A DNA stretch of 64,000 nucleotides from Nemertoderma westbladi. Its lineage: Eukaryota; Animalia; Xenacoelomorpha. Location of the stretch: NCBI GenBank assembly GCA_032718475.1, contig JAUCBJ010001376.1, forward strand, positions 1 through 64,000, read 5' to 3'. How positions within the stretch are numbered: the first letter of the stretch is position 1; each line of letters opens with the position of its first letter. Of the stretch, positions 25,164 through 37,500 are shown piece after piece. The notes below the pieces were generated by a model, which did no database searches, was not told where the DNA came from, and saw only the letters and a list, made by a program, of their open reading frames with translations. The position numbers and the translations under genes are program-made.

Positions 25164-27025
25164 CTACGATTGGTTGAAGAACGGGGTTAAGAAATGCTTC
25201 ATCACGTCAGACTGAATTCCCCCTTTCGATCTGATGTACTTTTCTCCTCCAAATACCAACGGATGGCGCTTCAAAACTCTCGCGACTATGTCCGTAATTA
25301 GGCAAGTTACCGTGTAGACTCCAACACCAAATAATATTGCAACAAAGCACAGGGTGGTGCGCAGATGTTCCAATATACCAACGCTTGCCACTTGAAATGG
25401 GATTTGAACTCAGCTCCCGGCGGCGTGTTATATTCACTATATGCCTCCTCGTATTTCTTTTGCGTGTTTAACTTGATGTCCCAATTATATAATAAGTGCG
25501 CTATAAAACCCATACCAGTCTTAACAGAATTGGGGTACTCCATATAAATCCCAATGTCCTGCGCCCATAGCAATAATAGCTTCGTGTCAATGAATGGTCT
25601 TCGCAATAGATCCTTCAGGTCTGCCGTAGCGTTGAAATCACTCTCCAGATCACTCTGGACACCTGATCCCACCTTGACATAATCTTGGTTAAAAATCGCC
25701 TCCCTAACCTTCTTGGGTAACATCCTAGTGTCAATCCGCTCCGCTCCATGCATACCCCCTCGTCTACATACCTCTAAGATTTGCTCTCGGGGATCCTTCC
25801 CGCGCCTATATTGCGTCGTTATAATGCTCGCTCGAACTTGAATACATTTGCTGGTCAAGTATTCCTGGTGAGACCCTCCCTCGTTGTCATAAAACATTAG
25901 ACGCAAATCCTCCAAGGATTCCTCCGTCATTCTCCATTGGTGCTGAATCTCGTCGGATGGGGTCCACATGCGCTCAATAGCCTTGGGGTCATCATATTGG
26001 GTATAGGAACCCTTCCTCCTCAACCACGCTTGGTCTACCTCCTCGTCGTCTGGGAACGTAGTCACCGCGACCCATACCTTTATGTATTTGTCTAGCCAAC
26101 TGAACAACTGACTCTCCTTCCCCGGAGCTCCAAACTTATCCAATGTGTTGTAGTACATATCTGCATCGGAACATCGCGCAGGAACTTCGCACATAAGGCT
26201 TCCCTCAAGCAGTCGACATTCCCATGATCCGCCAACGTCACCATTGGCAAGAATCGAATAGCTTCTCGCGCCTCTGGATGATCTACCAACATCGCAGCTT
26301 CATTACCACTGGAATAATACACCGGTCTAGGTTGAGATACAGCATGTGGAACAAATCCAGTAACTCTCCTCATCTCTTTCTGGTGTTTATCCACAGTCTT
26401 ATTATATTCAGCTATACGTTCTATGAATAGTTGTTTCACATTTGCCGCTCGCTCATCCTGTCGCAACACGTCTATCTCGTCCTGGTGCCCAGGCGTGAGC
26501 TTCTTATAGGTGGTGAAGTGTGGCGAAGTGAATGTGGACCAGGGACTCGAGAGTTCCAAACCCGCGGGTTTGGTGCTCGAGTCCCGTACCACTTCGCGCC
26601 GCGCCTCCAGGTCCTTCTATGCTCGGTAGAGTGAAATGGCCGCTGCCATTTCTATCAAAGCGGGAGTCGTACGAGGTTTAATCACTGTGTACGGATCCAA
26701 AGTTGTAACGGTCGGCGTAACAGGTCTCGGAGGTCTCTTTCCGCTAAAATCGATGCTGAAAATCGGATTACTCATCGGGTAACCTCCTTCGTTGTTCATA
26801 AGAATCTGATGAGCCTTGCACCGCGTTAATATCCGCGTTTAGACGATCGGGGATGGATACATCTTGTTTATTCATACATTCGCTGCATTTGTTGAACAAA
26901 TTATACATGCTGAAAACCCTTGGCGTCTCCTCGTCCTCCCCTCGGGTTCTTCGGTAAAGATGCATTCTGTCAAATTGATCTCTAACGGCAGGTAGAGGTT
27001 CATCGTGCGATAAATACATATTCAT
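25164..27025 (-). pseudogene. Element B ORF3 N-terminal part with DEDDy exonuclease (frameshifted)
   Basis: ORF 25307-26194: LMFYDNEG, MLPKKVREAIF, KVGSGVQSD, FIDTK, KTGMGFIA, YLVLES. Confidence 0.78.
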
Positions 27026-27489
27026 ATGGTATAGTCACGCTATCTCCTCGTTGGGATCCGCGCTTACATCTCACACATCAACGGCGAAGTCGTAGGGGTA
27101 TCGGGTTCGGTATTCTCGACGCAACACCTCCATTCAGTCCTCCAACGCCCTCATTCTTTCCCTCCTTAATCCTTTATCGTAATTCGATTTAAAGTTAGTA
27201 TTCAAATCTATCACAGATCATCCGTGGTAATACACATTTGAATCCTTACAACCATGACGGGCAAACGGTAGTCCGGCTTCTTCTTTAGCAGTCCAACCTC
27301 TCCTCGGTTCCGCAGTGATATCTTTACTCATCATTATTACTCATTTCTTTGCGCATATATTATATGTATATATATATTTATCCAAATAATCTGTTACATT
27401 AATTAGTTACACTGTGGGTGGATCAGTTAGATAGTAAGGAGGGATCGACATCCCGAGCTACCTGGCCCACCTTCCAGCAGTTCAGGTTC

Positions 27490-30400
27490 AGGTGCGCGAT
27501 CAGCTGTTCCGCTCCAATCAACATGGACACATTTCTATAACCTACCTGGTGTCTTGGTATTTTGAAAGGAGTATTTTTTCAAAATACTCCTGAGCTATGG
27601 GACTCATCAGTGGCACCTTACCTAACTGCCTGCCGAACCCTTTCATAGCTAGACACTTAAATTCATCCAACGGCAATGCTCTCCTTTCCTGGCGAGTGTG
27701 CTCTTCTCTTGGGAGTAGGGAGTCTAGTTCCACAGAAATCTTATGTCCCTCGACCTCTCCTACCCCGTGCATGGATTTTAACTCTATTTTTATCTCCTCA
27801 GCATCCTGGAAGCTGGAAACGGCTCTTGCCACTTCCTCGTCTATATACGATAATGTGGACGCGTTGTCTAACATTACATATATTATCTTTGATCCTTTGT
27901 CTCCGGTAAGTTTCACCGGTTTCACGCTGAATATCTCTGACGTGGCCGATGATAAATACATTCTCACGCTGGTCGACAAGCTATCAGTAGTGAATCCCTG
28001 GCAGGTTACCTCCCTCGCGCTCGCTTCACCATCCTCATCTAATGAACCTGGTTGATATCCATCATCTTGGATGCCGGTGTACGTATTTTTCCTTATCATT
28101 ACGGGATCTCTGCTTCCCTTCCTTTGAGGATTTCTCTGTAAATAACGGTCTGTTGGAGTATGGAAATCTGCATGTAGCAACTTGTGATGTAGTCTGCCGC
28201 ACTCCATACATCCGTCTTTACTGTTCGGGCACTGGCGCCGTACGTGACCTGGAGCAAGACATGCCCAACAGTGGTCCAGCATCTGCACTTGAACCCTTCT
28301 CTGTTCCGAAGTTAGCTCCTTGAAATGCCTGCAACTGTCTAACTTATGGTCATCTGATCTTACCTACTTTAGTAGGCATAATTGGCAACCTACAAATCCA
28401 TCTGGCAACTCCTGTTGCTTCACTCTGGGTCTATCTGACCTCTCACCTGACCATACTCACGAGTCTGGTCTGAAGGCAGGGGTACTCGGATTGTATTTGT
28501 CCATTGTGTTAAATGTCACAGTCGTTTTGTCCATGTCAAAACTCACCATTGACTTCCCGATAGCAGGGTTGGTCTCTCTCATATTCTCTTCTGAGAAATT
28601 CGACTTCATCTCTGCTACCACGTCTGTGGCTATCATATTATGAATATGTCTGATCATGTCTGAGTGTCAACACTTTGTCCAGACCCTCCAGTTTGTTTTC
28701 TAGTTTTCGCCATTTCTGTCGATAACGCATGTTTAAGCGTCTTATTATACTTTTTAAGACTTCTGTGTGGTCACCATGATGAGGCAGATTCACCGTCTTT
28801 AAGATATCTAATGCGTTTGAGATAGCGTTAGCTAAGTTCAACAGCTCTAACGGAGTCGGAGATCTCCCACTATTGGTTTTATTCCCGTAAATGTCGCTAA
28901 GTGTCTTCATGGCTAATTCAAATGCTCTTTCATTGCCAACGAAGTTATCAGCAATGGCTCTTGGTTCCCGATGGAGCATTTGTAGTAGGTAGTTGAATTT
29001 TTCATTTGAGTGAAGGTGCTGTTGGTCAATTGCTCATCGACATAAGTCTTAAATGTCCTTCAATGTTTGTGGTTGCCCATAAACTTCTGGGGTTGTTGCG
29101 CCGGCAGTTCCTGCCTAGTGGCAAACTTACCTATGTCTCTAAGGGTGGCGTCATTCCGGGTCATCAAGTTGGTTAGTTCTGCAGGATTGTTAAGTCTAGT
29201 CCCTTCCCGGGGGTTCATACTTACCTGCTCTACGTTGGTCTGACGCCTCAAATCTTCCTCTTCTTCGCTCGAGTCGGTGTCAGTTCTCGGTGCTCGTTTT
29301 GGTTTCGCTGCTGAAGCTCTAATCCAAGCTTCTTCTATAAATCTTTCATCTGAGTGCAGAAAATTGGGATTATGGATCATAGGGATGGGTGTTCTTACCT
29401 GAGGTCTTTGAGGTATTGTTGCCTCTGATATGCGTACTCGTGTGCCAGATTGGACTCCACCTTGTTCTTGTCTGCAAGGATTAGAATTAGTCCTTACCTG
29501 GGCTGCTTCCTTTATTTGTAAGTTACTAAGCATGTCCGTTATAGGTTGGATGTGCAGCGATATAGCTTGCGCTAGACTGGCGCTTAACTCCTCCCTCATA
29601 ATAAATTCCTGGCTAGGGTTCCGCTGAGCCGTTGGCTCTATTTGGGTAATTCATTGTCTTTCATATGATCCTTCTTCCGGTTTAACCCAGAAGTTTTCTG
29701 TCAAACTGGGTCGGTGATCCATTCGCGTATTCAAAACTCGCGGATTTGGTTCGCCCAATGTTCGTCCTATAAGGGTTTCTTCTATAAACTCCGCTGAATT
29801 GCGATAATAATTCACTCGTAGAGCGCCTTCCTGATGGCACGGATCTTGCGCAATTGGCGAGGCGCTAATACCAACTGGTGTGCGATATGTAGAAAATGGT
29901 TTAGTGATCTGAGTACTCGTAATAGTCGGACCGGGTATAGGTGCTCTTGTCGATGGTGACTCACGTATAACTGGAGATCTCGCCTCTTGTCCAGCCTTCT
30001 GTTGCGCGAATAGGTCTCGCAGCTCGGTATCGCTTTCTAAGCCCAATCTCACGCTTTCTAATTGATCCAACTTCCGTTGTTCTGCTTCCCTTGCGATTCT
30101 TGCGGCGGTTTCTGCCTTCAATTTAGCCTGTTCTTCATGTAGCAACCGCCTTTCATGTTCGAGTTGGAATTCACGTTCTTCACGCTCGCATTCGAGTTTA
30201 AGTTCGAGTTCTTTAATCTCGCGTTCACGTTGGAATTTGCGTTCCTCATGTTCGCGTTCAAGTTTAAGTTCGCGTTTCTCGCATTCGCATTCAAGTTTAA
30301 GTTTGCGTTCCTCACGTTCTTCGCACTCGCGTTGAAGTTTGAGTTCAAATGCCTTGTACTCGCGTTCACGTTGAAGTTCACGGGCTGCTGTGCAATCCTT

Positions 30401-30616
30401 CCTTACAGTAGCGGTAGGGGACCCTAATAATATTACCTCACCTTGATCTTCCTCACTAGTCACTGTCTCGTCCTCCTGTTCACTCACGTCAGCATCACTC
30501 GCTGCATCGTCATAGTCAGCATTATCGTCAACAGTTATGTTGACACTGTCGTCAGTCGGTGGTCCAGCCACCATCTCATAGCTGTCCTCTAGCGCCTCCT
30601 TCTCTGAGACACTCAT
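27490..30616 (-). pseudogene. Bel/Pao gag + aspartic protease of element B
   Basis: ELKLERE-repeat coiled coil, DUF1759-like region, Cys/His knuckles and protease motif; multiple stops and frameshifts. Confidence 0.85.
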
Positions 30617-32259
30617 TGTTTAAAGTATATTTTGCCTTCCGGCTTTAATCTCTCAAAATTTCGAGATGTACTGTATATTAATTTAATCGAATTTTCAATT
30701 AAATTATTTGTCAAAATAATTTATTTGGTCTCAAATGTCAAATACGAATGTAAATTCACAGTATAATATTGTGAATTTAATTGTATATAGTTATAGTAAA
30801 TACCGGTATAATATTTAAATAAAAATGTAGCTCTATAGCTATTATACAGCATTCAAATACCGGTATGACATGAAAATATTTTTGAATCTAAAAATTCAAA
30901 ATTCAAAAATTCAAAAAATTCAAAAAAATGAATTTGTCAACCAAAATATTTCTAATTTTATATATAGCTCAAATTAGCGTAATTTTACTTTTAAATGTTA
31001 TATATGTATCCACTGACGCATGGCTACACCTTCAGGTTGCGACACTCTCTCTCTCTCCAACTGAGCGATCCAAAACACCATGCCCGGCTAAACCTAACTA
31101 TCCTAACTAATAAATTGAGTTCAGTTTCGCAGTCAAACAACCGGTAATTTTTTACTGCTTCCACAAATACACTGGTACCAACAGAACAACTAACCTTGTT
31201 TGCTGTGAGATTCCACGTCCGCGTCCTAGGTTTCAGTCTCGTATGATTGTAAACCGGACCCGTAGGCCCACACAAACCCCAGGATCAGAAGTTCCATCTC
31301 GCCATGTATCTCCAGATGGTATAAAATAATTAGGCGGTTATCCAATATACCGGTACTAAAACTAAAACAAAAAAACTGTAAAAAAATTACTGTACATAGT
31401 ACAGCAAATAATACAATACTCTTTACTGTTAAGAAGCAACAGTAAATAATACAATACAAATACTCTTTACTGTTAAGAAGCAACAGTAAATAATACAATA
31501 CAAATACTCTTTACTGTTAAGCGATCAGAGGACGTTACTCCTTACTGATAAGCGATCCAACTTGGTCCAACGCAATCTCTTATTGTCGAACGCAAGCAGA
31601 ACCTTCAGAACTGTCTGCTAAGAATATTTTACTATTACGAACTATACGGCTCTGACAATCACTCGCTCCTTTCTCTGTTGATTTATCAACAGAGAGCTAA
31701 CTGTTCGAATTTATAAGCCAAAACAGCAGCAACCAAAACAATAAATCTAAAATGGCTCCCTAAGCTACTTAATATGAGTGCGGGTGGTCTGGCACTCAGA
31801 GTTCACTTATCACAGAGAAATACAGGAAGTTATCGGGCAGAATTAATGTCGAATGTGAGAATATTTTAATATTAAAATGGGATAGGCTATTTATTCGTCC
31901 TAATGTCAAAACTTGGCCTTATGCTGGCTTTAGGCCAGCAAATTTACTACTGCATATACTAGCTACCCGTACAAACTCTTAATTGTATTCTAACATGCTA
32001 AATAAACTACAGTGTCATAAAATACGAATTTGTATACTAATTACTAAGTATTCCAGAATATGTATTAATAATTATTACATTACTGAGTTATACTATCAAC
32101 AGCCTAAATACTGTATTATTTTGACCTAACGGCAATTAATAAGCATAAACTAAGAAATAGAAAGCAATCAAGAAAGGTAGCGCCTATCTAAACATTTACA
32201 TTAAAACATCACGCACTCTTCAGCAACACATAAAATAGCATTAGCAACAGAGCTGGTAG

Positions 32260-32793
32260 TGTTAGCTTATCCAATTCCGCTAACACAAACCCATAGAGTG
32301 AGCCATTAAGCAATATTGGGAGCACGAGGTTGATTACCAATATCAACCTCGTGTTACCCCAAAAAAGTGGGAAGGGAAGGAGAAACACACAATAGGAGGT
32401 CAGGGGCCAAACCCCTAACCCAAAGAGAACAGGTGGAGTGAACGGGAACACTCCAAAGGGCGCCAACAGGGGTATCAACCAATCAGAGGGGGGAAAGGCA
32501 TCGATTAGGTACAGCAATAAGGCCACCGTGCAATATAACCAGTTACCAGTAATCATACCAGTCAGTTATCCCAGTATCATATTGGTGCTAGTTAGGTTAG
32601 ATAGTTTAGCTAGGGAAGGACCGGGACTTTAGTTACCGTATCCCGCCTTCCGTGTACAACAACCTATATCTATATCTTATTAGACTGATCATTATATACA
32701 CCGAACATCAGAACTCATTTTACTCTTTACACACGGCGGGGACGCGTGAACTAAACATCGGATAAATCGGGATCCCTCCTGGATCCCGTCACA
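32260..32793 (+). repeat. 5' LTR of element C
   Basis: tgttagcttatccaattcc...ggatcccgtcaca. Confidence 0.97.
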
Positions 32794-32930
32794 GTAACTA
32801 AATCAAGCTGCCGCCCTAGTTAAACTGTAACAGTAACTAAAACCAACTGCTGCCCTAGCTAGTAACTAAATCCGTGCTGCTGCCCTGGATAAACTCAATA
32901 ACCACCAGCCACCAATCACTAAAGACGAAG

Positions 32931-34472
32931 ATGAGTCGAGAGAGAGGAACGACACCGCCGCGGACCCCGGACGACGATCTAACGATCCGCGAGGCCACGG
33001 CGAGACGATACGAACCCACGACGCCGGTCGATGCTACGTCGACCACGTCGACGCCAGTTGACGCCACGTCGATAACGAGCAACCCGGCGAACCAAGATGT
33101 GGGGGGTCGTCTACGAGGAGAGAGCGAGTCAAGTAGAGGAGACGAGTCGGGAGGAGAGGAAGACGAGTCGACACACGACGGCGGTCGACGTGCCGATGTC
33201 GCCGGGCAGCGAGAGGCCGAGGGCGACGGACGGCCCACCGGAACGGCAACGGTGGAGCCGACAGTACGACGCCGAACCCGGAGGGAGAGAGGAGATGTCG
33301 ACGACGAGGACGTCGGGGTCGTCCGGCTCCGACGAGCCTACGCCGCGACCCGGGAACAACTGAAGGAAGCTAGAGGAGGGGCTGAGATAGACCAGGTGAA
33401 GTTGAGGAGACGACTAGGTGAGTCGAACAGATACTTTGATTACCTAGTGCGTTCTGGGCAGGGAGAACTGGCCGAGGAGAGAGTGAGAGGGGTTGCCTTT
33501 GAACTGTTTGGGCTATGGGAACGTAGGGGTATGGGGCCTGGTGTAGTGTACATAGGGCCATACTTAGTCGATGCCAGGGAAGTTAAGTTAGTGGGTTGGG
33601 CGGGACCGCACGAGGGCGAATCCGAGGTTAGCTCCGAGGATTCGGTCTCGTTGGTCAGCGAGAACCCCGGAGAGCGGGGGAAAGTTAGTAGGACGGAGGG
33701 GCGGCGGGAGTCCGTCGCAACCTATAAGTCTGCTACATCCTCCGCAAAAGAAAGACGGGTGCGAGAGAGTGAACGCATGGCATATAAATTAAAAATGGAA
33801 GAATTAGAGTGGCGACTGAGGGGAAGGAATGAGCGAGAGAGTGAGCGTGAGGCAAGAGAACAGAGCGTGCGGTACACGTACAGTACATACAGTAACCGTA
33901 CGGGCGGGGGGGGGGGGGGTAGTAGTAGTACGTTAGGAAATGTTGGTATTAATAGTACCGTAGTAAATAACCCTAATCCCTTTATTACAGGAAATATTTT
34001 ACCCGGTAGTAGTAATTTAAGTTTAAATTCAAATAATAATATTAATTCAAATATTCAGAATAATCAAAATAATTCAAATAGTTTAAATCTAAATACACAA
34101 AATAATTTAAATAATAATCCCGTTTCAAATTCTAATGGTTCTAATAATTTAATTAAATTAACAAATAATATTGGGAATGGTGCTATTAATGTGAACGCGT
34201 CAGACGTGTATAGCCCGGCAGACGGCGGCCTGGTAGGCCACATAGTTAGTAGGCAGGAAGTGGCGCGGTTGAGCCAACCCGAGGTGGGCCTGGTAGGCCA
34301 CGCAGTAGTAGAGAGAGAGGCGGGGGTGAATAGACCCGGCCGTAGTAGAGACAGTGTGTCGACTAGAGAGGGGTGTAGAGACGAAGTAAGAGGTAGTGAA
34401 GTTAGAAGTGGCGGGTGGGGGGGGCTACGGGCGCCCCACCACAGAAGATTAGTGGCGAGAGAAAGGGGGTAG
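32931..34472 (+). CDS. Gag-like N-terminal protein of element C (continues frameshifted to ~35290)
   Basis: MSRERGTTPPRTPDDDLTIREA matches the A gag start GERTPPRTPDDTNETIREA; coiled-coil, Asn-rich and R/E-rich repeats; no pol. Confidence 0.65.
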   Translation: MSRERGTTPPRTPDDDLTIREATARRYEPTTPVDATSTTSTPVDATSITSNPANQDVGGRLRGESESSRGDESGGEEDESTHDGGRRADVAGQREAEGDGRPTGTATVEPTVRRRTRRERGDVDDEDVGVVRLRRAYAATREQLKEARGGAEIDQVKLRRRLGESNRYFDYLVRSGQGELAEERVRGVAFELFGLWERRGMGPGVVYIGPYLVDAREVKLVGWAGPHEGESEVSSEDSVSLVSENPGERGKVSRTEGRRESVATYKSATSSAKERRVRESERMAYKLKMEELEWRLRGRNERESEREAREQSVRYTYSTYSNRTGGGGGGSSSTLGNVGINSTVVNNPNPFITGNILPGSSNLSLNSNNNINSNIQNNQNNSNSLNLNTQNNLNNNPVSNSNGSNNLIKLTNNIGNGAINVNASDVYSPADGGLVGHIVSRQEVARLSQPEVGLVGHAVVEREAGVNRPGRSRDSVSTREGCRDEVRGSEVRSGGWGGLRAPHHRRLVARERG

Positions 34473-35559
34473 AGAGTGTCCGACAAGAGGGACGCAGAAG
34501 TGTAGTAAGAGATAGTGAAGTTAGAAGTAGCGGGTGGGGGGGGGGGCTACGGGCACCCCACCGCGAGAGATTAGTAGCGAGAGAGGGGGGGCAGAGAGTG
34601 TCCCACAGGCGTCGGCGGATAATGCGCGGGCCGAATTAGGTAAACCGCAACACCCGGCGATGGAGAGTAATAGGGGGATTGCGAGTATCCCCAGCGGCGT
34701 GCGATCGAGCAGAGAGAGACAGGTTGACGTCGCGAGAGGGCGGGCGACGGAACGTCGAGCCCAGTCAGAAGAGAGAAGATTAGTAGAGTTTAATAGAGAG
34801 GTCGAAGATAGGAGAAGATTAGTAGAGTATAATCGAGAGGTCGAAGATAGAAGAAGATTAGCAGAGTTTAACCGAGAGGTCGAAGAGAGAAGAAAGGAAG
34901 ATAATAGAAGAGTCGTTGCTAGGAGCAACCGGAGAGCGAGGACGGATAGCGAGCCGTCGATAGTAGAGATGGAGGTAGGGAGTCAGTGGGGTCGAACTTC
35001 GGGAGATTGCCGTCGCCCCGGAGAAACGCACCGCACACCAGGAGAGCGGTACAGGACGTACCGGTACGAAGAAGAGAACAGGAGATGGGATCGAGGGGAA
35101 ACTTCCCGACGGGATGTAGCTGCCGATCGAGAGTACGGTAGTCGCGGGAAGATTCGAGATTCGCGAAGAATAAACTTTGGTCCGGAAGGGCACATGCAGA
35201 CTGCAGGACATACTGTAGGCCTTACTGCACATACTATTATAGGCCATGTTGGCGAGAAGTTAGAGTGCGATTCAGGTGTGGGGAGAGTGTAAGAGTGGGG
35301 AGAGAGCTAGTTGAGTTAGAGAGCGAAGTTAGAGTGGCGAGAGTGTTGGGGAAACAAAAATTGTGTGAGAGAAGCGCACGATCGGCCCGACACGAGACGC
35401 CAGAGGGTAGTGACATCATACCCATAGGGAGCGGCCTGGAAAGCCGACTCCAAGAAAATAACCCCACCCCACACCCGATAATAGATCGAGTTCCAGCGGA
35501 ATTGTAGCGCACTTTAGTTGGATGCTATCTTCTTACCGGGAAGATAGCATGGGGGGGAG

Positions 35560-36093
35560 TGTTAGCTTATCCAATTCCGCTAACACAAACCCATAGAGTG
35601 AGCCATTAAGCAATATTGGGAGCACGAGGTTGATTACCAATATCAACCTCGTGTTACCCCAATAAAGTGGGAAGGGAAGGAGAAACACACAATAGGAGGT
35701 CAGGGGCCAAACCCCTAACCCAAAGAGAACAGGTGGAGTGAACGGGAACACTCCAAAGGGCGCCAACAGGGGTATCAACCAATCAGAGGGGGGAAAGGCA
35801 TCGATTAGGTACAGCAATAAGGCCACCGTGCAAGATAACCAGTTACCAGTAATCATACCAGTCAGTTATCCCAGTATCATATTGGTGCTAGTTAGGTTAG
35901 ATAGTTTAGCTAGGGAAGGACCGGGACTTTAGTTACCGTATCCCGCCTTCCGTGTACAACAACCTATATCTATATCTTATTAGACTGATCATTATATACA
36001 CCGAACATCAGAACTCATTTTACTCTTTACACACGGCGGGGACGCGTGAACTAAACATCGGATAAATCGGGATCCCTCCTGGATCCCGTCACA
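35560..36093 (+). repeat. 3' LTR of element C
   Basis: Near-identical to 32260-32793 and preceded by the PPT. Confidence 0.97.
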
Positions 36094-37299
36094 GGTAGTG
36101 CTATCGACAGCGCTAGTAGCGCTAGTCAGCTAGTGTCGACTAGTACATTAATCAGTGTAAAGAGTAAAGGCCACACAAGCCACACACGGTCCTCCTAACT
36201 AAACCCTCTATTACTACCCTAGTACTGCAAAGTTGAGACGAAGTCTGGATTGTGAGCCCCAAAATACTGTAGTGACGACCGGTCCCCGGTCCCTAATTGA
36301 TCAGCCCGACCACAACTACCGGCCCCCCGCCAGCATTGCCCCACATTGGATCCTCCACTCCTCCCTCCATCGCTTCCACAGTGTGCCTGCTACGCCTACC
36401 GGTACCCTTAGCCCGTCATGCTAAAGCGAATAGTTACCGTATCGGCGCATGCATTTACAAACAGTCTGACAGTCGAAAGGGAAAATCCTTGTAGGATTTG
36501 CTACATCGCAATCACAAAGATTAAAGAAATCAAGAGTCAATGCGATAAGATCATTATTCAAAGTTGTAATCAAAGAGGCATAACAGTCAGCATTTAACAA
36601 TTTACAGAATTAGCAGAATTAACAAGCAAGAAGATTGAAAACTTTTAAATACGACTAACATGTGCACAGTACCGCTGTACCAGTATACTAATACATTGAA
36701 CACTGATACTGAGGTACACTGACAAAATATAGGTATGGCGCAATGGTTATATCATTGGTCCAACAAATTCTACTACCACTAGACCAACCTAAAATAGCTG
36801 GCCAATGGGAGAGCCGGATTGTGATCCAATGCTTCCCCATTTCTCAAATTATTACCATATATGGTAATGAATCTGTCTCGGTGGGCTTATAGGTTTATGG
36901 CCGTAGCATTAATTTCACGATTATTAAAGCACATTTTGCATAAATTTGTACAACACCAGTTTGTAGAGAAATATATAAGAAATTAGTACAAATACGCATT
37001 AAGTTCGGTCAATATCAATAAACGGCAAATTCATATTAATGTTTTATGAAAGTTTGCCACCGTAAATTTATATACTAAGGTTTTATTATAAAATTACATA
37101 CGTAAGACTACATACTGTACAAAATCGGATGAATAATATTTAACACATGTATTTTATTTTCCCTATCTAACGAATGCCGTACATCGATATAACTATAAAC
37201 TATAAATGATATATATATAACATATATAATATATATAACTATAAATCGCTCTATACTGTATAATGGGCTGTTCTGGTACACAGCGCCATATAACATGAT

Positions 37300-37500
37300 A
37301 AATAATCGTAAACCCCTCAACTTTCTTAATTACTGAGGTAATCAGAAGGGTGTACTGGTTGCAATTGCGACTCAAATTATAGTGGTTTTTGTGTGAAATA
37401 AATGCTATTTCATAATCCCTACGTATGTCAGTTGCAATCCTCCTTATATATGATCAAAATCAGTGACGGTCATCAAATCAGTGGGCATTAGTGTGAATTA
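37300..37500 (+). repeat. Dispersed repeat homologous to 54386-54600 (probable LTR fragment)
   Basis: Shared aaacccctcaa...ttactgaggtaa...aattatagtggttttt...taaatgctatttcataatccctacgt...tatatgatcaaaatcagtga. Confidence 0.8.

Larger units (their letters stand above)
32260..36093 (+). mobile_element. Young non-autonomous LTR element C (gag-like ORF only, related to A)
   Basis: 534-bp LTRs at 32260-32793 and 35560-36093, differing at 2 positions I could find; TG...CA termini; 5-bp TSD GGTAG (32255-32259, 36094-36098); PPT GGGGGGGAG at 35551-35559. Confidence 0.96.
23650..36380 (-). mobile_element. Bel/Pao element B (gag-protease, pol deleted, extra exonuclease/Zn-knuckle ORF); upstream end uncertain and interrupted by element C
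   Basis: Gag pieces 30616-28457 (QPQKFMGN, KFNYLLQML, ELAMKTLSDIYG, CWACLAPGHVRRQC...CMECGRLHHKLLH); protease MLDNASTLSYID; ORF3 27025-23747. Putative LTR start TGTGGAAG at 36380 is tentative. Confidence 0.75.

Noticed and set aside
30118-30427. Asn-rich and Phe-rich ORFs
   Set aside because: Alternative frames of the ELKLERE repeat in the gag of element B.
32209-35856. Duplicated hydrophobic 'membrane protein' ORFs (32209-32556, 35533-35856)
   Set aside because: Antisense frames within the two LTRs of element C; the duplication is explained by the LTRs.
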